A DNA stretch of 64,000 nucleotides from Vicugna vicugna (lineage: Eukaryota), in NCBI GenBank assembly GCA_013265495.1, contig MU058418.1:1326917-1390916 (forward strand). Reading direction: 5' to 3'. Below the pieces are notes generated by a model. The model searched no databases. It was not told the origin of the DNA and saw nothing but the letters and a program-made list of their open reading frames with translations. A program made the position numbers and the translations under genes. Positions 26,128 through 37,173 of this stretch are shown piece by piece (position 1 is the stretch's first letter; every line of letters begins with the position of its first letter).

Positions 26128-28774
26128 AAATGTGTATTCTTTAACTGTGGATTATCCTGGAAGAGCTAATCTTGATCATTACCAGTTTCTTGGTGCAGCA
26201 CAGCAGTGTTTTGCAAGTTGATGACAGGTCTGCCCTTCAGTACTATTTATTTTATTTGCTTCCATTTTCCAAGGACATTGAGATCATAGAATGTCAAAGT
26301 TGAAAGGTATGTAAAAATTCTGTTTTAGCTCCCTCATTTGATCATTAGGAGTAATGTAGAACTTCATCTGCATGCTCCCAGTTGGCCTCAAGATCACCTC
26401 CTTTCTCTATTTTAAATGTAAGTGTTTGTTTATACTCAGAATCGTCTTTGGAACACTTGAGTGACATCTCTAGTTCAGACCCTTGGAAAACTTGGTGTGT
26501 AGATAAATTAACACTCCTATTTTATTTAACGATGATTAAGAATTGGCTTTCACAGACCTATTTTCTGATATTACAAGTAGTCCTACCAAAAAGGTGTAGT
26601 CTAACTGGGAATTATTTTTTTTTCCCCCAGAGGGAAATGGATCATGAACTAGATTAGAGACACAGTCCAAACAAAGTAGAAGGGTACTCAAAGAACTTTT
26701 CAGAACTTGGGTGAAAAAAAGCAAAAACCAACCATTTTCTGATGCTTCTGCAGTTTCTCTATCAAAAACAAAATCCGGAAACAAAAATACCCTGACAGAA
26801 ATCAGGAAACCAAATATCCTACCTGTTAGCCAACTCCAGGGGTTCTGAACAGAGTGTGCCACTTAGGATCCCTTTTAGCTGTCTTTGGGTTTATTTTAAA
26901 ACCATTCCGGTGTGTGTTTATAAGTAGAAAACAATTTAAAAGCTCTTCTTTTGGCCTTGATACTTTTTTAGGGTTTAACATATGTAATCCTCAGTTCTTC
27001 AAAGTTTGAAGAGAAACATGCTATTCTCAGAGAGAAAAAAAATTGAAAAGCTTGAACTTCTGTTTCTTTACTCCTACCCTCTCAGGGTCAGAAAACTAGC
27101 CCTGAATTCCTAGGACAGATTTGTTTCAACTTCAGGATAGCTGCTGGAGCAGTTAATGCTCAGCGGTATAGTGTGTTTCCCTTTAACACTGAGGTAGCCA
27201 GAGCGCTTCCTCCAGCTGTGAACGTTTGTTCGCCGGAACTCAAGATTTTGCCTTAATCCAAATGGACAGTTAGCAGAGGATATGATGCAGAAGAGGTTAT
27301 TAGAGGTTAGTTCTTAAATGTCTTTAAGATTGGCCTACTGTAATTCACATCCAGTAAGGCAATGGTTTATAACTGGTAAGTTGAGTAAATGGATTCTAAG
27401 CCTTACTATTTTTAGCATTTGCCCAAGAATAAATTGTGAATTGTCATGTCGCTTCCAAAAGGTTTTGTTTCAGCGGGGTCTTAAGAGATAAGACTGGTCC
27501 TCTGGGTTGTTCTAGGAAAACATGGTGAGTAGGAATGGACATGTTGATTGGGGGTGATGTCCACCATTCATTCACCTAGAACCTGGGTTCTAGGCCAGGT
27601 TTAGCTGCTTTGGTGGCTGCATGACCTGGGACAGAGTTGTGAAGTGCTGGGTCTGGATCTCTTTAGTTTTATCATTAGCCAAAACACTATCTATCCTATC
27701 TAATTCTTTCAAGGCAGTGGTGAACATAGAGTATTGAAATTGGAGTTAGTTCTAGTATGTTGTTAATATATCCATTGAGCTATCTTGACATCTTAGTATA
27801 TCTCTGGACTCTTTTTTCTGTTATACTGATGTACATATCTTTTCTTATACCAATACCATACTGTCATTATTACTTTAGCTTTATAATAAGTCTTGAAATC
27901 AGATAGTATAAATCTTCTGACTTAGTTCTTTTTCGAAGTTGTTCAGGCTATTCTGGGTCTAGTCTAATTTCTCCCAGATGTATTATATGTTTCAGAGTAT
28001 AGATCTTGCACATGTGCTGTAGAATTTATCGCTAAGTACTTAATGTTTTGATGCTATTGAAAATGATTTTTCAAAATTATACCTTCCAGTTGTTCATTTC
28101 TGGAATATAGAAATATAGTTGATTTTTGTATATTGACCTTATCTCTTGCAGCTTTGCTAAACTCACATATTCTAATTTTGTTTTTTTGTAGTTTTCTTAG
28201 AATTTTCTACTTTGATCATATATGTGAATAAAGAAAGTTTTCTATCTTCCTTTCATTCATATGTGTCTTTTTTTTTTCTTGCTTTATTCCACTGGCCAGA
28301 ATCTCTAGTACATTTTGAATAGAAGTGGTGAGAAATCCTTGTCATGTTCTCAATCTTAAGGAAAACATTCACTCTTTCACTGTTAAGTATGATGTTAGGT
28401 ATAAGTTTTTCATGTGTGCCCTTTATCAAGTTGAGGAAATTCCTCTTAATCATAGTTTGTTAAATGTCTTTTCTTTTTTAAAATCATGATTAGATATTGA
28501 ATTTTATCTGATGCTTTTCCCACATTTATTGATAGGATCATATAGTTTTTCTTTTTTAGTCTCTTAATATGAAATGCATTGATTGATTTTCAGTGTTAAA
28601 CCAAGCTTGCATTCTTGAAGTAAAATCTTTGTCTGGTTTTGGTATCAGGGTAGTGGTAGTCTCATAAAATGAGCTGGAAATTGTCCCCTCTTCTGCTTCC
28701 TGGTAGAATTTGTATTATCTCTTTTTCAGAGTATTGGTAAAATCGAAGAGTGAATCCTTCAGAGCCTGGAGTTT

Positions 28775-28780
<6 letters not shown>

Positions 28781-28812
<32 letters not shown>
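28781..28812 (+). repeat. (TG)16 microsatellite inside L1
   Basis: Seen directly. Confidence 0.97.
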
Positions 28813-28815
<3 letters not shown>

Positions 28816-31335
28816 TTTTTAACTACTAATTTACTTTATTTAATAGACAAAGTGCTATTATTGACTTTTCTGTTTTTTTCTTGAATGAGTTTTGATATTT
28901 TGGGTCTTTTTAGAAATTTTTCCATTTCATCTAAGTTGTCAAGTTTATAATAATAAAGGTGTTTTATTATTCCCTTATTATCTTTTTAGTACACGTATGG
29001 TCTGTAGTGTTTTTGTTTTTATTCCTGATGTTGATAATTTGTCTTATTTCTCTTTCTTCTTTATTAGTCTGGCTAGAGCCACATGATATTGATCTTTTCA
29101 AAAATTAACATTTGGTATCACTGATTTTTCTCTATTGCTTTTATGTTTTTAGTTCCATAGTTTCTTCTCTTTATTGTTTCTTTCTTACTGATTATTGTGG
29201 GTTTAATTTGCTCTTCTCCTGATAACTGAAGATGGAAGCTTAGATCATTTATTTGAGGCTTTTCTTCTTTCCTAATATAAACATTAAAAGATAATAAATT
29301 TCTTGCAGACAGCTGTTTTAGCTACATCCAACAGTGTGTGTTTATTTTTATATTCAGTTCAAAATACTTTTCATTTTACCTTGTGATTTCTTCTTTGACC
29401 TGCATAGTTTATTTAGAAATGGATTATTTAATTTCCAAGTATTTGGAGGATTTTCCAGTTATCATTCTATTATTGTTTTCTAACTTAATCCTTTTGTGGT
29501 CAGAGAACCTACTTGGTATGATTTCAATCCTTTTTAAATTTATTGAGAGCTATTTTATGACCTAGAATATGATTGTCTCGGTGAATGTTTTATGTGTACT
29601 TGAAAAGAATGTTTATATGCTGTTTTGGGTGGTGTGTTCTGTAAGTGCCAATTAGATCAAGGCTGTCAACTTCATTTTGTGACTTCTTGTTCTGTCAATT
29701 ACTGTGAAGCAGTTGTTGAAATAACCAGCTATAATTGTGAATTTGTCTCCTCTTTTCATTTGTTTTTGCTTCATGAATTTTGAAATTCACTACTGACAAA
29801 CATTTAAGGTTGTTATATCCTCCTGATATGTTGACTCCTTTGTTATTATGCAATGTCCCTCTTCATCTGCAATGTGTTTTGAGCTGATGTTAATGTAGTT
29901 ACCCCAGCTTTCTTTTGATTAGTATTTTAGTGGGATATCTTTTTTTCCTCTTATACTTTTAACCTATCTGTGTCATAATTTATCTGTGTCTACATATATG
30001 TAAATAGCATGTAGTTGGGTCTTATTTTTGTTATTGTTGCTCTTGTTTGATCCAATCTGCCAATCTCTACCTTTTATTTGAAGATTTTTTTTAAAAGACT
30101 ATTTCACATAATGTAATTTTGATTTCTTTGGGTTTCAAGCTACCCTTGGTGTTAGTTTTCTGTTTGTCCTATGTATTCTTTGTATCTTTTCTCCTCTTGC
30201 CTGCCTCCTTTTAAGTTGTTGTTTTGTTTAAACGAATCCCTATTATCTCTACCCTTGGCTTATTAGCTGTACCTCTGTTATTTTATAGTAGTTGCTCTAG
30301 CCTTTGCACATCTTTAACTGATTATAGTCAATCTACAAATAATATACCAGTTTACATAGGGTGTAAGATCCTTGAAACAATAAACTGCCATTTCTCCTTT
30401 CTTAATTATTTATTCATACTTTACTTCTACATATATTATAACCCCCATGATATATTATTATTATTTTGCTTTAAATAGTCATTGTCTTTTAAAAATATTA
30501 AAAATGAGAAAAAAATATATTTACCCAATTATTGATAATTTCCAGCTCTTCATTCCTTTGTTTAAATTCAGATGTCCATCTAGATGGTGTCATTTTCTTT
30601 TTGCTTGATGGACTTTCTTTTAACATTTCTTATAGTGCAGCTCTGCTGGCAGTGAATTCTCTAAGCTTTTATTTGTCTGAATATTATCTTCATTTTTACT
30701 TGGTATGGAGTTCTAGGATGATAGCTTTCCCCCTCCCTAGTTAAGGATGTTCCTCCATTGTCTCCTGTCGTACATAGTTTCTGAAAAGCAGTTTGCTCTC
30801 ATTCTGTCTTTATTCTTTTTAGTGTGTCTTTTTTTCTGACTTTTAAATTCTTTTCTTTATCACTAGTTTTGATGTGATGTACCTTCTTGTGATTTTCTTT
30901 ATTCTATTTAGGATTTGTCAAGTTTTCTTGGATCTGTGGAATTTTGGGTTTTATCAACATATTAAAAAATTTAAAATTACTTAAAAATGATTTTTCCTGT
31001 CCTCTCGGCCTCTCCTCTTTTTGACCCTAATTACATGTATATTATAAAACTTAATATTGTCCCACCGGTCACTGATACTTTGTTAATTTGTTTTTCAGTC
31101 TTTCTCAGTCTCTCTGTCCTTCATTTTGTATGGTTTCTATTGTTGTTTCTTAAAGTTTCCTGATCTTCTGCAGTGTCTCATCTGCTATTAATCCTAACAG
31201 TGTATTTTTTATTTTAGATCTTGTATTTTTCTTCACTGGAAGTGCCACTGGATTTGTTTATTTTGTATCTACCATTTCTCTGCTTCCTTTTGCTCTACTT
31301 TCACATGGAGTATGTTTATAATAACTTTTTAATAG

Positions 31336-31624
31336 CTTTGTTGGGACATAATCACATAGGTGTATAATTTACCTGCTTAAAGTGCATAAATCAATGGCTT
31401 TTAGTATATTAACAGAGTTGTGCAATCACACCCACAGTCTAATTTTAGATCATTTTCATCACCCCTCAGAGAAACTCTATACCCATTAGCAGTCACTTCC
31501 CATTCTGTCCTCTCCCGCCTAGGCAACCACTAATCTACTTTCTGTCTCTATAGATTTAATTATTTAGGATACCTCACATTAATGGAATCATATAATATGT
31601 GTTCTATGGTGCCTTTTCTTTTTC
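31336..31624 (-). mobile_element. L1MB-type 3' end nested in the older L1
   Basis: tttgttgggacataatcacata...aaagtgcataaatcaatggcttttagtatattaacagagttgtgcaatcac...cccattagcagtcacttccc...ggcaaccactaatctactttctgtctctatagattt. Confidence 0.85.
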
Positions 31625-31911
31625 NNNNNNNNNNNNNNNNNNNNNNNNNNNNNNNNNNNNNNNNNNNNNNNNNNNNNNNNNNNNNNNNNNNNNNNNNNNN
31701 NNNNNNNNNNNNNNNNNNNNNNNNNNNNNNNNNNNNNNNNNNNNNNNNNNNNNNNNNNNNNNNNNNNNNNNNNNNNNNNNNNNNNNNNNNNNNNNNNNNN
31801 NNNNNNNNNNNNNNNNNNNNNNNNNNNNNNNNNNNNNNNNNNNNNNNNNNNNNNNNNNNNNNNNNNNNNNNNNNNNNNNNNNNNNNNNNNNNNNNNNNNN
31901 NNNNNNNNNNN
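31625..31911. other. Assembly gap / masked block (287 N)
   Basis: Run of N continuing the nested L1MB fragment. Confidence 0.98.
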
Positions 31912-32677
31912 GGCTGTTTCCAAAGAAGTTATACCAGTATAGTAACTTGTTTAATACTCTTTTGTTGGCTAATTCCATTATCTCTTGTTATTTCTGGGTC
32001 TGTTTCTATTGATTATTCTGCTGGGTATGGGTCATAATTTCTTCTTCCTTTGCCTGCCTAATGATTTTTGCTTGGATACCAGACATACATTGTTGGGTGC
32101 TAGATTTTGTTGTACTCCTTTAAATAGTGCTGGACTTTGTTCTGGGATGCAGTTAAGTTACTGGGACTTAGTTGTATCATTTTGAAGCTAGTTTTTAGGC
32201 TTTGTTAGGGTGGGTCCAGAGCAGCTGTTAGTTTAGGGATGATTTAGTTCCAATAATAAGGTGGTACTCGTCTGAGGATTTTATCTGATGCCATGTGTAT
32301 CAAGAATTATTTTCACTCTTACTGGTGGGGCCATGAACTATTCCTAGCCCTGTGTGAGCTCTGGACTTCTTAAACCAACTGTTTTCTAGTGCTTTTCTCT
32401 CCAACTTTAAATAGTCTCCTTTCATATGGGTCAGAATTCAGCCTGACCCTAGGAGACCTCTATGCTGCCCCTTCCTCCCAGGGGTGCTATCTTGCCAGAT
32501 CATCCATCTTGACCTCTGTGAATATTGATCTCTACCCTGTAACTCAGTGTGACTGCCGTCCTCTGAGTTTCCCCTTCTTTGTGCTGTGGCTTGGAAACTG
32601 CCTCCTGGCACTAAGTTCAGGCGATCATTGGTCTTGCCTCACTTGTTTCACTCTTCTCAGAAATTCAGTTCTATGCT

Positions 32678-32835
32678 CCAGGGATGGTTTAGCTCAGTGG
32701 CAGAACATGTGCTTAGCATGCACAAGGTCCTGGGTTCAATCCCCAGTACCTCCATTAAAATAAATAAATAGATACACCTAATTACTCCCCCAAAAAACAC
32801 CCGAACAAAAAAAACAAAAAGATCTTTAAAAAAAA
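32678..32835 (+). mobile_element. tRNA-Ala(AGC)-derived SINE, camelid vic-1 type, with 11-bp TSD
   Basis: Head gggatggtttagctcagtggcagaacatgtgcttagcatgcacaaggtcctgggttcaatccccagtacctcca mirrors tRNA-Ala-AGC (A box 32690-32700, B box 32733-32743). It is followed by ttaaaataaataaata...cctaattactccccc and an A-rich tail. TSD agttctatgct at 32667-32677 and 32836-32846. Confidence 0.9.
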
Positions 32836-34681
32836 GTTCTATGCTGCCTTTTGTCCAGTGTCTGAAAACAATTGTTTCATATATTTTGTCTGGTTTTCTA
32901 GCTGTTACACCATCATGGCTGGACTCCATGGATTTGTTGATGCTAAAATCTGCTACTGTATTAACTGTTTAAATCAGAACCTTATACAGAGGAAAAGAGG
33001 AGTTTGTGTGGGACCAAGTCAGAAAACATTCCACCTATCCACAAAAATGGTACCTTTACTTTCTAACTTAAGGCATTTGTGATTTAAAGAAGAGATACCT
33101 GAATCTTCAATGTGCTGCTCATTGTTTGAATAATTGCCCCTTTTAGTCATCCAGGTAATATTTATTAAATACCCTCTGAGTACTCTGCTAGACATTACTT
33201 CTCCTTATTCCTACTTCTTAATGGTTGGAACATGCCAAACAAGTGAAATAAAAATATGTTTCCTATTCTAGTTACTAGTTGGGTTCTTGGATTTCTCTCT
33301 CAAGCTTTGACATTCAGAAACTAGAAGTCGGATACAGTATATTCTCAGCTGTAAAATTGATCTCATTTCTTCACTGACCATCTGTTTTTTTGTGTCTAAG
33401 AATAACAAAAATTTCATAGCCACATCTGTATTATTTAATTACTTAAAATAATGAATGGGCTGAACCATTGATCCCCCCACTTTGAAATAGTTCCTCTCAT
33501 AGGCTGTTGCAGTGGGAAGCTAATACTTACAAGCTCTGATTAAGAATAAAGACCAGACCTACATAAGCATATGTAGGCTGTATCTGAAGTCATGAGGGTG
33601 TGATTAATGGTCCTTAAGAGTTTTAATTTGGCATGTCTTACTCTTAAATCTCACTTAAGCTTGGTTGCAGAGCTTGACAAATGAGTCTTCCATACATGCC
33701 AAGCTAAGACATGTCACTGCCTTCTTGCAGCCCCATTTCCTAAACCTGCCTGGGTTTCTTACAGGTTGAATTACAGGAGCAGGCCCTATGGAGTCAGTCT
33801 CCACAGATCATTCTTAGGGCAGAATACTTAAATAACATTCTTTGCCTGAGAGCATCGTTTATTTCCCAGACCAATTCTAAGAGTGTCCTCTGTTAGATCT
33901 TTAAGTTAATTAAATCCTTTCATTATATTTTTAGGGTCAGAAAAACAGACCATGCTTGTATTCAGGAGCCCAGAAATACACAGCATCATTGACTGATTCC
34001 TGTCTTAGGGTCCTGCACAGTTTCATGTTGCCTTTTTGATTTGTTTTTATATGTGAAACATTTTTCCTCAACACATGTAATAGTACTTTTTTTTTTTTTT
34101 TTGCCTGCTCTTTTCCTTAAATAGGAAGGGGACAGTTTCTTTAGGAGGAAAATACTTGATGGTAAGTAGCCTCAGTTTATTCCATCTGGGATATAGATGT
34201 TTTCCCTAGAAACTAAAGTCACTTGGTTTTTGCAGACAAGACCCCTGTATTTCTTTACAGGTGGAAGTACTTTATAGTGCTTTGTAGATAGAAAGGTCTC
34301 TGTGTTTGAAGGCATGGAACTTTTCTGGTGGAGCTGGGATCATTTGTATCATGAAGTCATGTTTCTGAGTCTGCAGATGAGAACACCAAGTTATTATTTG
34401 TCTTGGGCAGAACTAATAATTTGTTTATAGTAAAAATTTTCTTTTATTTTTCAATGGCAGCTGCTGTTGGTAGCTTATTACTAAAAATTTCAAGTTGTAA
34501 TCTTTAATCTGGGGTGGGAGTAGAAGAGAAGAAAATTTAAATTTTTACTTGATAAAAGTTGTTTTATTTGATACAGGGCCTACCTGGTTACTGACACTCA
34601 GCAAATGATTCTTACTATGCTTGTGACCTGCCACAATATCCAAAATGTAGGTGCTTCTTAAACGTTTGAATGAATGGCACG

Positions 34682-34873
34682 ACCAAAACTATTAAAGTGC
34701 TTATTAAAATCATGTCTTATTTATACTTCCACTTCCAAACAAAATTTTGTTGATAACTAGTATTTCAGTTGTTCACAACCAAAACTATTAAAGTGCTTAT
34801 TAAAATCATGTCTTATTTATACTTCCACTTCCAAACAAAATTTTGTTGATAACTAGTATTTCAGTTGTTCACA
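34682..34873 (+). repeat. Perfect 96-bp tandem duplication (2 copies)
   Basis: 34682-34777 and 34778-34873 are identical base by base (accaaaactattaaagtgc...tttcagttgttcaca). Confidence 0.97.
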
Positions 34874-36014
34874 TTGGGTAATTTGTTTGAATTGAGAAAC
34901 TATGTTCTTATGAAATTGGAATTTATGAAATAAGATTGGGAAAAAATAGAGTATATAATTGGGCACATCCTGTACTGCTTAGTGAATCACCAAAGCAGTG
35001 TAATTGCCATTAAGCATTTTGGAAACCAGGCTTGCATGTGCTTGCTCTGCCTGAAAAGCTAGGAGCTGCCCATGAGAAGCAGCAGTTCATCCAGGCTGTA
35101 GTCATCAGGGTGACGGAGTGGATCCCTTGCTCCCGTGAGTAAGCTGGTTGCCCTGCTGGCTGACTGCTCGTGTGAGTCACAGAGGCGTTGGCTGCCTTTA
35201 AATGAAACTGGGGCCTTCCTTGGTCATTTCTAAGGCTACGTCAGGAGTCACGTTCGAAATACAATTTACGAGGCAACGTGTGGAGGAAAGAATTAAGTGT
35301 ATGTGTAGTGCATGATGGCCCTCAGCTACTTCAGGGAAAAATCATTGGAATGACTCTCACCACAGTGGCCAAATTCAGATCAGGACTGAGCCGCTTTGGA
35401 AGGAGTAGATGGATCATTAGGATGAAAATGCCTGCAAAAAGTCAAATCCAAACCTAGGCCAAATTAGATATTTGCATCCTCCTGCCCTTACAAAGTGTAA
35501 ATGCCTTTTAAGAGTTCTTAAAAAGGTATACAGAGGATGTACGTATGGACGTTTTTCTGAAAGTGGGTACATAGCATTCACCAGAATCTCAGAAGAGCCA
35601 TGACTCCACAGGATGAAGATCCACTGACCTAGAGCACTGGATGTGGTTGTGAAAAGAAAGTTAAAACTTTAAACTCAACAGAAAGGGTGATCCTTATCCC
35701 TGGAAGAACCAGCACTGACTGGCCTTCATTTGTGCCTGCGGGCAGCACTCCCCTCATTCCAACACCTAAATGCTTTTAGGAAAGACTGATTTCCCTTGTG
35801 GGCAATAATGTTTCCAATAGCTGATTAGGCTGCTGTGAGATCTGGAGCTAATTTTTAAAGAACTTTTTGGTTTGGTAGCACTTTTTCTTCTCCTTTGCCA
35901 ACCCCAATCCTTGGCTCTCCTTGAGAATCCCAGCAGTCTACCAGTCCCCAGCATTCTGGCCCTCATGCGCTCCTGTGGTGTTGTGGTCTTTAGCACAGCA
36001 TTGCGCATTGGTTA

Positions 36015-36250
36015 TAAATGAGCCTGGAATTAAAGGGATCTGTATTTGAAACTCAGCTCTGCCACTTACTAGCTCTGTGACTTTGGGCAAGCAGACACTG
36101 AACCTCAATTTTTCTCAGCTCTGGAATGGGGATAGTAATACTCCCTATGTTATAGGGTTGTTTTAAGGATTAGAAGAGATAATGGATACAAAGTGACTTG
36201 CATGGAGCTTGGCACATTATAAGCTTCTAGTAAACTTCAGCTGCTGCTGT
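36015..36250 (+). mobile_element. MIR, near full length
   Basis: ctcagctctgccacttactagctctgtgactttgggcaag...ctcaatttttctcagctctggaatggggatagtaata...tagggttgttttaaggatta...ttggcacatta. Confidence 0.85.
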
Positions 36251-36956
36251 TAGGTGGTGGTGGTGATGAATGTATAATTACTCTTTTCTCTTCCCAACTT
36301 GATTATCAGCAACTTAAGGGTAGGAATGATGTTTTACCCTTTTGGATATCATCTAGAGCCCCTAGAATAAGTGTCTGGTTGCTTTCTCAGTGTGATCTCG
36401 GGTCCCTGTGAGGCCACCACCAGAATCACTCCACATTGTAGACTTGTGTCTTGGCTTCAGTTTTCTATGGGGGCACCAGGGTGCTGACCAAGGGCTCCTT
36501 GAGACAATTCTCAGGCAGAAATGCTGGAATTGTTGGCTTCATTTCATTGGCCAGGCCCACTCTGACCCTTTAATCATGGATGTTTTGTGAAGTTCAGTCT
36601 TTGCGAGGTTCTGTAGCTTCTTACAGCATCAAGCCTGAATTCCTTGGATAAGACAGAGATATGGATTCCATTCTGTTCCCTCATAAACAGGGGGAAGGCA
36701 GCTGCAAATGGCGGGGTAGGGGACAGCTGTTTCTTTTGTACCATGTTTCCTGCTGGTGGCATTCTTCATTCCTATCTCCCCCTCCGCCCTGCTACGAAGG
36801 CCCGGCCCTCAGTGTAATCACGTCCTTGTCAGGATATATGCCTCTCAGAGCATAGATTCATCCATACCAAAGTCTTAGTAGCTTGTAGCAGCTCGTGTCT
36901 TCTCCTCCGAAAAAAACAGGAACTTACAAAGAGAATAGGTAGAAGTGATACCTTAA

Positions 36957-36959
<3 letters not shown>

Positions 36960-37013
<54 letters not shown>
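36960..37013 (+). repeat. Compound (TG)n(AG)n microsatellite
   Basis: About 17 TG units followed by about 10 AG units, seen directly. Confidence 0.97.
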
Positions 37014-37173
37014 TTTTTTACCCCCAGGGGACATTTAGACACTGGAGAGCTGCTACTGGAGTCTGGGTAGAGGCCAGGGAGGCTACTAAACATACTCCAG
37101 GGCACAGGACAGCCCCCACCGTAGAGAATCCTTCAGCTCGAAATGTCAGTAGTGCCAAGGCTGAGAAACCCTG
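37014..37173 (+). mobile_element. MER20 (hAT-Charlie), 5'-truncated
   Basis: ccccaggggacattt...tgctactgg...gggtagaggccagggaggctactaaacat...gcacaggacagcccccac...aaatgtcagtagtgccaaggctgagaaaccctg follows the MER20 consensus as recalled. Confidence 0.92.

Larger units (their letters stand above)
27750..32915 (-). mobile_element. Large degraded L1M element (ORF2 RT/EN, ORF1 and 5' region), antisense, with nested insertions
   Basis: Continuous T-rich antisense L1 sequence. Minus-strand ORF 28253..28453 (NFLNLIKGTHEKLIPNIILNSERVNVF...) is a decayed version of the L1 ORF2p RT segment [26 protein letters not shown]. ggttttggtatcagggtagtggtagtctcataaaatgag is the antisense of the PNSFYEASITLIPKP region. 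atttcttatagtgcagctctgctggcagtgaattctctaagc is antisense ORF1-end-like sequence. Confidence 0.88.

Noticed and set aside
27516-27524. 9-nt microexon look-alike (tag|GAAAACATG|gtgagt)
   Set aside because: Poor, G-interrupted pyrimidine tract and no clear branch point. It shows that such patterns arise by chance here.
20014-32037. Longer ORFs containing X runs (e.g. 31582..32037, 22220..22492, 23599..23826)
   Set aside because: They are artefacts of translating through N gaps.
32680-32754. Functional tRNA-Ala gene
   Set aside because: It is followed by a SINE tail and flanked by a TSD, has substitutions and an altered acceptor stem relative to tRNA-Ala-AGC, and is inserted within an L1. It is a SINE.
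36745-36765. CTCF site (cctgctggtggca); similar partial match near 37970
   Set aside because: Each mismatches core positions of CCASYAGRKGGC.
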